Positions 8,229 through 16,836 of a DNA stretch of 19,510 bases are shown here, piece after piece. The DNA lies in sequence record OY723358.1. One strand, given 5' to 3'. Position numbers and translations under genes: made by a program. The notes beneath the pieces were generated by a model, which made no database searches, was not told where the DNA came from, and saw only the letters and a program-made list of their open reading frames with translations. Numbering within the stretch: position 1 is the stretch's first letter; each line of letters starts with the position of its first letter.

Positions 8229-8996
8229 ATGATCAATTATGCACTATCAGAAAAAGTTATCGCTTCTCAGGTAGTTGCTAAGCTTCAAGAATTGGGATTC
8301 ACTCAATATGAAGAGAAGCTTGGCGAAGGTGCTTTTGGTGTCGTTCTAAAGCTTCATGGGAAAAGCAAAAAAGACATCGCCCTCAAGCTAGAAAAAAGAC
8401 CGATACCCATTGCTAATGAAGAGAAAGAACTGTTTGGTGATGCCCTTGGACTAAAACTTCCCTCAGGTCAACATTTGGGAACAGCTACCGGATTATTGAC
8501 TTATCATGAAGGTAAAGTCCATTATATTGAAAACTACGACCCTGAAATGCATTCCAAACACCTTCTTGCAGGAGTTTTTTCAAAAGTTATTGATGGAGTT
8601 CCTTTATGGAACCGTGTACGCATTGCCCCACTAGATTCAGAGACCGTTAAAGGATATGGAAAACAACTTGCAGAGGCTCTTCATGCCCTTCACTCAAATG
8701 GGTATATTCATAACGATCTTCACCAAGGAAATATCCTTGTAAAGAATACCAAAGAAGGAAAAGATCCCTATCGACTAAAGCTTCTAGACTTTGGCCTTGC
8801 AAAAAAGGTCAATCCAGAAAGAGTCAAGAATGAATGGACATCATTTGCCCATCTGCTAGCCTCTATTGGTTCCAAGCAGAAATTATCACAAAGTCCAAAG
8901 TTCGGAGACCTTTTATATAACTCAGAGAAAGGACTCCTTACCGGAAATCTCCCCTACTCTGGAAATGAGATTGTGAATCACCCATTTTTTGTTTAG
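8229..8996 (+). CDS. Compact eukaryotic-like (Hanks-type) protein kinase domain protein
   Basis: Kinase motifs are LGEGAFGVV (Gly-rich loop), IALKLEK (VAIK Lys), YIHNDLHQGNILV (catalytic loop), LLDFGLAKK (DFG) and C-terminal EIVNHPFF. I saw no obvious Shine-Dalgarno sequence. Confidence 0.7.
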   Translation: MINYALSEKVIASQVVAKLQELGFTQYEEKLGEGAFGVVLKLHGKSKKDIALKLEKRPIPIANEEKELFGDALGLKLPSGQHLGTATGLLTYHEGKVHYIENYDPEMHSKHLLAGVFSKVIDGVPLWNRVRIAPLDSETVKGYGKQLAEALHALHSNGYIHNDLHQGNILVKNTKEGKDPYRLKLLDFGLAKKVNPERVKNEWTSFAHLLASIGSKQKLSQSPKFGDLLYNSEKGLLTGNLPYSGNEIVNHPFFV

Positions 8997-10297
8997 AGAA
9001 CTTTAGCAGCAATTGCGGCTAACTGCGATCTCTCCGTTTTCTCGAACATAATGTGACCATAAATCGGTTCCTTCTTAAAACGACTCACCACGTAAGTAAG
9101 CGCATTCGAGTCTTTATCAAGATAAGGATTATCGATCTGTGTCGGATCTCCCGTGAGGATCACTTTGGTTCCCTTACCAGCTCTTGAAACAATGGTTTTC
9201 ACCTCATGGGGTGTCAGGTTCTGCGCCTCGTCAATAATGATATAGGTATGAGCTAAAGAACGCCCCCTTATAAAGGTGACCGCTTCCATCTCAATCTTTT
9301 CACTTTCCATAATCCATTGTTTTGTATCCGACGCACTCCCCGAACCTGACGTTGATTCGCAAATATACTCGAGATTATCATAGATTGGCTGCATCCAGTG
9401 GTACATCTTTTCTTCCTTTGTTCCCGGAAGATATCCAATGTCTTTTCCAAGGGGCATAATAGGCCTTGAGATAAGAATCCGATTATAGACCCCCTCATCA
9501 AAAGTTTTGCGAAGGCCAACCGTGAGAGCCATCAAGGTTTTCCCTGTTCCTGCCTGTCCGATCATTGTAATCAATTTAATATCGTCATTCATAAGCATGT
9601 CCATGGCACATTCTTGCTCATCATTGAGGGGTTTTATTCCCCAGACCTCTTTAGTCTGCCCCTTGACTTGCTCAACTCTCTTCTTTTTCGGGTTATAAAT
9701 CCCCATGGCCGTTGATTTTTCAGGGCAGTGAAAGCGCACATATTCGTTTGCTATCATATCTTCGCTTGGCAACTCAGCAAACCCTTTCGTCATAAAAGTG
9801 TCAATCTCTCCCTTGGGGATTTCAACCTTTCTAAATCCCCGATAGAGGTTATCAAAAAACTCCTTGAGACTTTCATAATTCTGAGCCTTAATACCAATTG
9901 ATTCCGCTTTAATCCTTAAAACAAAGTCTTTTGAAATCATGATGACCACTTCTCGGCCTATCTGCTTTAATTTATATGCACAGAAAAGAATACGGTGTTT
10001 ATTGCTATCCAGCGGAAGAGGAAAGCCTTCCCTTTGAACTGATTTGTCTTCGGCAAAGATGGAGAACGTCGCTCCATTTTCTAACTTAATTCCCTTAAAT
10101 ATATCCCCTTTAATCTCGTCAACGAAACGAATCACTTGCCGTGCATTCTTCCCAAGTTCGTCACTGAACCGTTTCATCTTATCTAACTCTTCTAACACTA
10201 CCAGAGGCATTACGACATCGTTGCCCTCAAATTTCTGAATCGCTTCCGGATCATGCAGTAGAACGTTCGTATCCAGGACAAAAGTTTTGCTTGCCAT
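8993..10297 (-). CDS. phoH: PIN-domain/PhoH-like ATPase fusion (PhoH2/YlaK family)
   Basis: The N-terminus has PIN signatures (FVLDTNVLLHDP ... VVMPLVVLEELD). The C-terminus has PhoH P-loop motifs: GQAGTGKT (Walker A), IIIDEAQN (Walker B) and ILTGDPTQID. I chose ATG 10297 because AAGGAG lies 7 nt upstream. The ORF-track start at 10315 is a TTG. Confidence 0.9.
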   Translation of the reverse strand: MASKTFVLDTNVLLHDPEAIQKFEGNDVVMPLVVLEELDKMKRFSDELGKNARQVIRFVDEIKGDIFKGIKLENGATFSIFAEDKSVQREGFPLPLDSNKHRILFCAYKLKQIGREVVIMISKDFVLRIKAESIGIKAQNYESLKEFFDNLYRGFRKVEIPKGEIDTFMTKGFAELPSEDMIANEYVRFHCPEKSTAMGIYNPKKKRVEQVKGQTKEVWGIKPLNDEQECAMDMLMNDDIKLITMIGQAGTGKTLMALTVGLRKTFDEGVYNRILISRPIMPLGKDIGYLPGTKEEKMYHWMQPIYDNLEYICESTSGSGSASDTKQWIMESEKIEMEAVTFIRGRSLAHTYIIIDEAQNLTPHEVKTIVSRAGKGTKVILTGDPTQIDNPYLDKDSNALTYVVSRFKKEPIYGHIMFEKTERSQLAAIAAKVL

Positions 10298-10591
10298 AAG
10301 CTTGCTCCTTTTCAATCATTTATTATTCAGTAAATTACAGTACTTATGAACCTCCTTAAATCGCATTCTCTTTCTTCTTTATAATCGAATTTTTATTCCT
10401 GCCAAGCAAATCCTATCAAGAAAGATTCAAAAAAAATGAAGGTGGTTGATCTAAGCTACCTTACGATTTCAAAAGCCATTATAAGATCCAACAGGCAGAG
10501 AACAACCTAAAACACAATATCATAACACACTTATAAACAGTAAATTATAAACGCGTTCAGCAGTCAAGGTAGATGAGTGCCAGCTTTTCTA

Positions 10592-10620
10592 TTGACTGAG
10601 AATAGGATGATCTGTATAAT
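10592..10620 (+). promoter_or_regulatory. Sigma70-type promoter candidate for the 10659 gene
   Basis: TTGACT (10592-10597) is separated by 17 nt from TATAAT (10615-10620). The hexamers lie about 40 nt upstream of ATG 10659, which is preceded by AAGGA. This is sequence match only. Confidence 0.45.
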
Positions 10621-10658
10621 GGGGATAGGTTCGAATAAACCGTCTGATTAAGGATGAT

Positions 10659-11390
10659 ATGAAGAAAATCAATCATAAAATTTTAAGCATCCCTCCTTAT
10701 ATCTCCACGTCATGGAAGAATATCAATACGCTTCATATGAAAGAGATGGAAGGAAAACAAGTTCTGGTCATCGTCCTTCACAATGGAACTCTAATCGAGA
10801 TCCCAGGACTCGAAGAAAAGCTCATTGAGCAAATCTTTGATGCCCACTCTCAATATGTGGACCATGAGACGAAAGAACCTCAAGCCGAGTCTCTCAAAAC
10901 TTTTGAACCAACACCTGAAAAAGAAAATGACGTTTCTTTTTCCTTTGGAATCCCTTTTCAGATGAGTGGAGCAGAAGGGGCTGAAAACATCAGTTCTTTT
11001 CTTCAACATAACCCTGATCAGGCAAACACTCCAAAAATGCCCCCCGATGTCATTGAAAAAATCACATCGATCACTAAAGCCCTTGGAATGGACATGGAAC
11101 AAATGAACATTCCTAAAGCAGAGCCCCACTGCAATTGCCCTTACTGCCAAATTGCAAAAGTTATTCAAGGTGAATTACAGGATTCTCCTAAAGAAGAGAT
11201 CGAAGAAGAAGTCACCGAAGATGACCTACGCTTCCGCGACTGGGACATCAAGCAGGAAGGAGACAAGCTCTACATTGTTTCCAATCCCTTAGATGTAAAT
11301 GAGCACTATCAAGTCTTTTTGGGTAATCCCGTGGGATGTACATGTGGCGAAAAAAACTGCGAACACGTTCGCACTGTTCTTAACAGTTGA
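10659..11390 (+). CDS. Hypothetical acidic protein with a C-terminal SWIM-type zinc finger
   Basis: 243-aa ORF with a good RBS. The C-terminus reads HYQVFLGNPVGCTCGEKNCEHVRTVL, which fits the SWIM pattern CxCx(n)CxH. A second Cys cluster, HCNCPYCQ, lies upstream. Confidence 0.6.
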   Translation: MKKINHKILSIPPYISTSWKNINTLHMKEMEGKQVLVIVLHNGTLIEIPGLEEKLIEQIFDAHSQYVDHETKEPQAESLKTFEPTPEKENDVSFSFGIPFQMSGAEGAENISSFLQHNPDQANTPKMPPDVIEKITSITKALGMDMEQMNIPKAEPHCNCPYCQIAKVIQGELQDSPKEEIEEEVTEDDLRFRDWDIKQEGDKLYIVSNPLDVNEHYQVFLGNPVGCTCGEKNCEHVRTVLNS

Positions 11391-11530
11391 ACCCATCTCA
11401 CTATTCTAAGAGAGTCGAATAAAAAAGCATCTCTAATATGGAATAGCTCTATTAATTTTGTCCTGGCCATTTAAACAGTCGTTCTCTAGAATGAGAAAGC
11501 AGAACACTTTTCTTATTAGGAGTACGAATT

Positions 11531-12712
11531 ATGTCTAAAGCTTATGCTTTATTAGCGCTGCTAATGTTAGGAGCTTTTTCGGCTCCCGCATTTGCAGATG
11601 CAGCCCCCCCACTCGACAAATCGATTACATCGGTTGATACAACCCCTGCGCACTCGGGTTCAAAGTTTAAAGCCTTCACTGGAAAAATCGTTGGAAGCAA
11701 TGTTCGGATGCGAACCTCTGCTGACCTAGATAGTCACATTATTACCGAGCTCGGCAAAGACGAGTATGTTGTTGTGACCGGAGAAAAAGGAGATTTCTAT
11801 ACAGTAAAAGCCCCAGCAGACTTAAAAGCATATATTTTCCGCGGGTTTATTATTGATGATATTGTTGAAGGCGATCGCGTTAATGTCCGCCTTTCTCCTG
11901 ATCGTGATGCCCCCATTATTGGACACTATAGCACTGGGCATTCCATTAACGGAAACATTTGTGATGATAATAACAAATGGATGGAGATCGATGCCCCAGA
12001 AAATACTCAGTTTTTCATTGCTAAGGAATATGTTGAATATGCTGGAAAACCCGAGCTTAAAGTTGTTCAAGACAAGCGAAAGGCAACAGTTACTCAACTT
12101 TTAGAGTCGACAAACCTTCTCAGCCAAGCTGAAATGCGTAAGGCTTTTCATGAAATCGATATTGAACGCGTAACCCATAACTATGGCACCATCATTAAAG
12201 ACTTTAGTGACTTTCCAACATTTGTTGCTTCAGCAAAGAAGGAACTTCATGCAATTCAGGAAGACTACTTGCACCGCAAAATTTCTTTTCTTGAAGCCAA
12301 AGCATCAAATATGGGTAAAAATCAAGAAATTTCTGGAAGTATCTATGAGGTTGCCTATCACTCTGAAGACGTTCTTTCTCCAACAGACCGAATGAAAGTC
12401 TGGGAGCCTATTGAGGAAGCCATGTATTTGAGCTGGTCATCAATGCATCACGCCAAAACAATGGACGACTTCTATGCAGACCAGAAAATGAAGAGCAAAA
12501 CGGTTTCTGGAATCTTAGAATCATATAGAGAACCTGTAAAAAACAAGCCAGGTAACTTTGTTGTAAAAGACAGAGATATCACTGTAGCATATGTTTATAG
12601 CACGCATGTTAATCTTGAAGATTTTGTGGGAAAGCGAGTCAATTTAATTGTCTCTTCTAGACCCAATAACAACTTCGCATTCCCTGCGTACTACGTCCTC
12701 GAAATTGAATAA
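11531..12712 (+). CDS. Secreted protein with two bacterial SH3 (SH3b) domains
   Basis: AGGAG lies 9 nt before the ATG. The signal peptide is MSKAYALLALLMLGAFSAPAFA/DA. Two SH3b-like segments are present: GKIVGSNVRMRTSADLDSHIITELGKDEYVVVTGEKGDFYTVKAP and VEGDRVNVRLSPDRDAPIIGHYSTG...KWMEIDAP. Confidence 0.7.
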   Translation: MSKAYALLALLMLGAFSAPAFADAAPPLDKSITSVDTTPAHSGSKFKAFTGKIVGSNVRMRTSADLDSHIITELGKDEYVVVTGEKGDFYTVKAPADLKAYIFRGFIIDDIVEGDRVNVRLSPDRDAPIIGHYSTGHSINGNICDDNNKWMEIDAPENTQFFIAKEYVEYAGKPELKVVQDKRKATVTQLLESTNLLSQAEMRKAFHEIDIERVTHNYGTIIKDFSDFPTFVASAKKELHAIQEDYLHRKISFLEAKASNMGKNQEISGSIYEVAYHSEDVLSPTDRMKVWEPIEEAMYLSWSSMHHAKTMDDFYADQKMKSKTVSGILESYREPVKNKPGNFVVKDRDITVAYVYSTHVNLEDFVGKRVNLIVSSRPNNNFAFPAYYVLEIE

Positions 12713-12761
12713 AAAGGACGCTAATTCCTCTTTATCGGCTCATCCTCCTATCTCTTTTGAG

Positions 12762-13532
12762 ATGAGAGAATGGGCCGTTTCTATTTTAGGAGCCGATACC
12801 CTGAAAGGAAAACTGTGGGCGCCCAAAAAGCTGACAGATTTTCAACCCGGACCTCCTATGGAATGGAATGAGCCAACCCGCCCAACTCAGCTCCGTTTCC
12901 AAAAGGTCAAAAGAGAAAATAAACTCCCGCCTTTTCATGACCACCATAAGCCAGATAGCCGTGCGGCATGTCTCCACCGCTTTGCCGGCCACGAACTTCT
13001 TGCGGTTGAGATTATGGCTTACGCCTTACTAAAATTCCCTGATGCTCCTAGTCACTTTCGCAGAGGGCTTGCCCACACTCTAAAAGAAGAGCAAGAACAT
13101 GTCCGCCTCTATCTTTTGCAATTGAAAAGACTAGGGGTCAGTTTTGGAGACCTTCCCCTTTATCGCCACTTCTGGTGTCATACCCCTTACTTAAACTCCC
13201 CGATTGAATATGTTTCGGTGATGAGCTTAACCTTTGAAATGGCTAATCTTGATTTTGCTCCAATGTATGGGCAATCTTTTGAAAAACACGGAGACAAGGA
13301 AGCTGGAGCACTTATGGCACGGATCTTGAAAGACGAGATTGCCCATGTCTCATTTGGTTGGAGCTGGCTTCAAAAATTTAAATCTCCACAACTGAGCGAC
13401 TGGGATGCCTGGAAAGAAGCTCAAAGTCCTCTGCTCACGCCGAAGCGAGCACGAGGCTTTGTAATTCATGAAGAGCACCGGAAACAAGCGGGTATCTCGC
13501 CGCAGTGGATTGAAAGCTTGAAATCTCTCTAA
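12762..13532 (+). CDS. DUF455-family ferritin-like (putative di-iron) protein
   Basis: HELLAVEIMAYALLKFPDAP, EEQEHVRLY, FEMANLDF and KDEIAHVSFGW together give an E / ExxH / E / ExxH four-helix pattern. I chose ATG 12762. The longer ORF from 12648 overlaps the previous gene and looks non-coding. Confidence 0.7.
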   Translation: MREWAVSILGADTLKGKLWAPKKLTDFQPGPPMEWNEPTRPTQLRFQKVKRENKLPPFHDHHKPDSRAACLHRFAGHELLAVEIMAYALLKFPDAPSHFRRGLAHTLKEEQEHVRLYLLQLKRLGVSFGDLPLYRHFWCHTPYLNSPIEYVSVMSLTFEMANLDFAPMYGQSFEKHGDKEAGALMARILKDEIAHVSFGWSWLQKFKSPQLSDWDAWKEAQSPLLTPKRARGFVIHEEHRKQAGISPQWIESLKSL

Positions 13533-14497
13533 CTTTTCACTACAATTTTCCCCATGATTCAACTATTAGCTATTATTCTTTACTTTTCACTAGCCTTGAG
13601 CGTAGGGATTTTTTCATATAAAAGGCAAACAAATACCGCGGGATTTCTAATGGGAAACCGCTCGCTAGGAACATGGCTCACAGCGCTTGCTGCTCATGCA
13701 AGTGACATGAGCAGCTGGCTTTTACTGAAAAGATAGGCAACCTCACCCTCTCTAGTTTTTTGGAATTGGAATCGTCATCACTTACGTCCTCATAGGAGGA
13801 TTCACCACCTTAGCATGGTTAGATCTCTTTCAAGGTCTGTTTCTCCTCGGAGTCATTTTAGTTGTTCCCTTCTTAATCTTGAGCAAGGTAGAAGGGTTTC
13901 CTGCAATTGGACAGGTTCTTGCTGATAAACCTTCCCTCATCCCTTCATTGAAGGGTTTAACTCTCCTTCAAATTGTCTCTATGGCACTCGGATGTGGACT
14001 TGGGTATTTTGGGCAACCTCATATCCTCACGAAATTCATGGGAATCCGAGATGTCTCAAAAATGAAACAATCGAAGCGGATAGGGATGTCTTGGATGGTT
14101 CTCTCGCTTTGTGCCGCTACATTTGCAGGGCTCGTAGCTGTCCCTTTCTTTTCTAGCGGGATCTATGACCCCGAGATGATCTTTATTGAGATGGTGAAGG
14201 AAAACTTCTCTCCCTTTGTGATTGGCTTTATCCTCTGCGCAATTATTGCTGCGATCGTCAATGTCATGAGCTCTCAGCTCATCATCATTTCCTCGATCCT
14301 TTCTGAAGACTTTTATAAAAGAATATTCCACAAAAAGGCGAGCGAGAAAAAGCTCTTAAAAGTCTCCCGATTAGGAATCCTTGCCGTCGCGCTTCTTGCT
14401 TTCTTCATTGCCTTTATGTGCCCTGGATCCATTTTTGAGCTTGTGCTCTATGCATGGTCGGGACTAGGCGCCGCATTTGGCCCTCTCCTGATTTATA

Positions 14498-14524
14498 TAG
14501 CTAAAATATTTCGTTTTAGTTATA
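14498..14524 (+). repeat. Left terminal inverted repeat of IS630 copy 2
   Basis: Identical to 428-454. Confidence 0.75.
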
Positions 14525-14533
14525 ATTTTTTGA

Positions 14534-14902
14534 ATGACATATTCGCTAGATTTTAGAAAAAAAGTTCTATCAATCCGAAGCAAAGAAAAATTAAGCTTTG
14601 CCCAAGTAGCAAAACGCTTTGGAGTAAGTGTAAATAGTGTGTTTCTCTGGTCTAAGAGGTTAGAGCCGAGGCGCACTAAAATCAGACCTGCAATAAAGAT
14701 TGATAGAGAGATCTTGATGGAGGATATCAAGAAATACCCTGATGCCTTCAACTATGAACGAGCACATCGTCTCAACGTAAGCACTTCAGGCATTCGGTGT
14801 GCCATGAAGAGGTTAAGAATTAGCTATAAAAAAAACGCTCAACCATCCCAAGGCCTGCGAAACAAAAAGACAAATCTTTCAAGGGAAAATCGCAGAATAT
14901 AA
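14534..14902 (+). CDS. IS630-family transposase, N-terminal HTH part (orfA), copy 2
   Basis: Same ORF as 464-832, with R to K, K to N and K to E differences. Confidence 0.8.
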   Translation: MTYSLDFRKKVLSIRSKEKLSFAQVAKRFGVSVNSVFLWSKRLEPRRTKIRPAIKIDREILMEDIKKYPDAFNYERAHRLNVSTSGIRCAMKRLRISYKKNAQPSQGLRNKKTNLSRENRRI

Positions 14903-14906
14903 ACGT

Positions 14907-15359
14907 TTGGGAAAGCCAATTGTATATATTGATGAAAGCGGGTTTGCCCATGATATGCCCCGCACCCACGGTTACTCCAAAATAGGACAGCGATGTTTTG
15001 GCACTCATGATTGGGGAGCAAAAGGAAGAACAAATGCAATAGGGGCATTACTTGGAACAAGCCTCCTTACACTTGCGTTATTCGAGTGCAATATTAATAC
15101 AGATGCCTTTTCCATTTGGGCAGAGGAGGACTTGCTACCGAAACTTCCCTCTGAAAGTATTCTGGTTATGGATAATGCTTCATTCCATAAAAGCAAATCT
15201 ATGCAAGAGAAGATCCAGGCTGCAGGCCATACCTTGGAATATCTTCCTCCCTATTCTCCTGATCTAAACCCTATTGAACACAAGTGGGCACAGGCAAAGT
15301 CTAAGCGAAGAAAATATCAATGTGGAATAGACGAACTTTTCAAGGAGCACTGCCTATAA
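14907..15359 (+). CDS. IS630-family transposase, DDE part (orfB), copy 2
   Basis: Same ORF as 837-1289, with one H to Q difference. DDE motifs are intact. Confidence 0.85.
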   Translation: MGKPIVYIDESGFAHDMPRTHGYSKIGQRCFGTHDWGAKGRTNAIGALLGTSLLTLALFECNINTDAFSIWAEEDLLPKLPSESILVMDNASFHKSKSMQEKIQAAGHTLEYLPPYSPDLNPIEHKWAQAKSKRRKYQCGIDELFKEHCL

Positions 15360-15381
15360 CTAATTTAAGTCACTTTAGCTA
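15355..15381 (-). repeat. Right terminal inverted repeat of IS630 copy 2
   Basis: Identical to 1285-1311. Confidence 0.75.
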
Positions 15382-15600
15382 TATGCTCTATTCAAAACGG
15401 GTCACCAAACTAGGTGCGTGGGTCGGGATGCTTTCAGGAGGTCTCATCTCAGCCTTATGGCCGCTCATTAATCCCTTTTTGCCCGTGCCAATCGAACCTC
15501 TTTTACCGGCATTTATCATCAGCTTTGGACTAACCTGGGGAATTTCCTACAAACTCACTTCAGAAAGGTCGGTGCAAGAAAGCACGATCTAGGGCGAAAG

Positions 15601-16836
15601 TCATTTGGTTTTAGCTACCATATCAAGGGATACTTTCATGTCGGATGCTTGAATTTCGCGGGGAACGCGATCGATTCCTTCCAGAGTCTCTAACTCTACC
15701 GAACGAGCTGCTGCCCCCATCTCCTGAAACTTTCTAGCAGAGACCAATACGCGCGACTCAAGAGATCCAACAGCCTTGTTGTACGCGTCCACAGAACTTG
15801 CTAAAGTGCGCCCCACCTTGCTCCAGTGCTCGCTCATATCAGTTATCCGTTTATAGAGCTCATGCCCAAGCGTGCTGACCTCTTGAGCATGAAGAGATAG
15901 CTTTTCTTGTTTCCAGCCGTAAGCAATCGCGCGCAGAAGGCCAATCAATGTTGTTGGTGTTGCAATCACAACCCCCTGTTCAACTCCCACTTCAATCAAG
16001 GAGGGGTCATACTCCAGTGCTGAGCTAAAGAAGCTATCCGAAGGAATAAAGAGGATTACAAATTCAGGAGTGGGTTGAAAGCTTTGCCAATAGGCTTTTT
16101 TTCCTAAAGCCATCACATGCTGCCGTACCTGCCGTGCATGATGTCTAAATTTATCTTCTTTGACACCTTGATCCTCAGCCTGAATCGCCTCCAAATACGC
16201 CTCACAGGGAGTCTTTGCATCCACAATGACCTGCTTATCTCCCGGAAGTTTTACAATGACATCAGGGCGCACTAACCCAGATTCTCTCGTCTCCTGCTCA
16301 TAGAAGTCGCAATGGTTTACCATCCCCGCAAGCTCAACAACTCTTTTGAGTTGCATCTCCCCCCAGCGCCCCCTAACAATCGGAGCCCGAAGGGCCTTCA
16401 CCAAAGTGGCTGTCTCCTTTCTGAGTTCTTTTTCTGACTCAGTCATCATTCTGAGCTGAGCCTTCAAAGACTCTTGCTCTCCCTGTCTCTCTTTTTCAAT
16501 GGCCTGCATCCCCTTATCGAGTCTGCCAAGCGACTCCTGAACCGGCCTCAAAACATGCTCGATCGACTCTTGCCTCTTCTCCAAGTCTCCCTTTGCTTTT
16601 TCCTGAAACTTCCCCAGCGTCTCCTTGGCAAGCTGCAAAAATGAAGAATTGCTCTTCTCAAGGGCTTCACTCGATAGCGCTTTAAACGCTAGAGACAACT
16701 TCTCCTGCGCTGCTTCAATGTCCTCAGAAGTCTCTTCACGAGCTTTTAAATAAATATTTTCTTCTCTTGCCTTCTGCCACTTTAAATAAAAGAACACGGC
16801 CAGGGCTGCCAGAATGACTGCAATTAAATATTCCAT
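15601..16836 (-). CDS. rmuC: DNA recombination protein RmuC
   Basis: An N-terminal membrane helix (MEYLIAVILAALAVFFYLKW) is followed by a long coiled-coil and then the RmuC nuclease-like core (GRWGEMQLKRVVELAGM...RPDVIVKLPGDKQVIVDAKTP...FVILFIPSDSFF...ATPTTLIGLLR). I preferred ATG 16836 by analogy with E. coli RmuC. The ORF is open to 16926. Confidence 0.9.
   Translation of the reverse strand: MEYLIAVILAALAVFFYLKWQKAREENIYLKAREETSEDIEAAQEKLSLAFKALSSEALEKSNSSFLQLAKETLGKFQEKAKGDLEKRQESIEHVLRPVQESLGRLDKGMQAIEKERQGEQESLKAQLRMMTESEKELRKETATLVKALRAPIVRGRWGEMQLKRVVELAGMVNHCDFYEQETRESGLVRPDVIVKLPGDKQVIVDAKTPCEAYLEAIQAEDQGVKEDKFRHHARQVRQHVMALGKKAYWQSFQPTPEFVILFIPSDSFFSSALEYDPSLIEVGVEQGVVIATPTTLIGLLRAIAYGWKQEKLSLHAQEVSTLGHELYKRITDMSEHWSKVGRTLASSVDAYNKAVGSLESRVLVSARKFQEMGAAARSVELETLEGIDRVPREIQASDMKVSLDMVAKTK

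Larger units (their letters stand above)
14498..15381 (+). mobile_element. IS630-family insertion sequence, copy 2 (884 bp), inserted in putP
   Basis: It differs from 428-1311 at 7 positions (502, 543, 706, 815, 932, 1148, 1187 in copy 1 numbering). The same inverted repeats occur at 14498-14524 and 15355-15381. TA flanks it at 14496-14497 and 15382-15383. Removing the IS plus one TA restores the putP frame GPLLIY-MLYSKR. Confidence 0.92.
13554..15592 (+). pseudogene. putP: Sodium/proline symporter (SSS family) gene, inactivated by an internal deletion, frame breaks and the IS630 copy 2 insertion
   Basis: Three collinear pieces match E. coli PutP as recalled. The N-terminal piece is 13554-13733 (GNRSLGTWLTALAAHASDMSSWLL). 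The middle piece is 13756-14497 in another frame (YVLIGGFTTLAW...GLGYFGQPHILTKFM...YAWSGLGAAFGPLLIY). The C-terminal piece is 15384-15592 (MLYSKRVTKLGAWVGMLSGG). More than 100 residues of the PutP alignment are missing between the first two pieces. Confidence 0.85.

Noticed and set aside
10628-10636. GGTTCGAAT, the tRNA T-loop consensus
   Set aside because: The flanking bases cannot form a T-stem and no acceptor or anticodon arms are present. It sits in the 5' leader of the 10659 gene.
10791-11168. 125-aa minus-strand ORF antisense to the SWIM-protein gene
   Set aside because: It lies entirely within a better-supported gene that has a promoter, an RBS and a domain motif. It has no features of its own.
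12648-12761. Upstream extension of the DUF455 ORF overlapping the SH3b gene by 65 nt
   Set aside because: The extension is Ser/Thr-rich low-complexity sequence (MSLLDPITTSHSLRTTSS...). Conserved DUF455 sequence begins after ATG 12762.
428-15381. Idea that the two IS630 copies form a composite transposon carrying the cyo region
   Set aside because: Each copy has its own TA duplication and its own reconstructable empty site (putP frame, IS5 transposase frame). This indicates separate insertions. There is no shared duplication at the outer ends.
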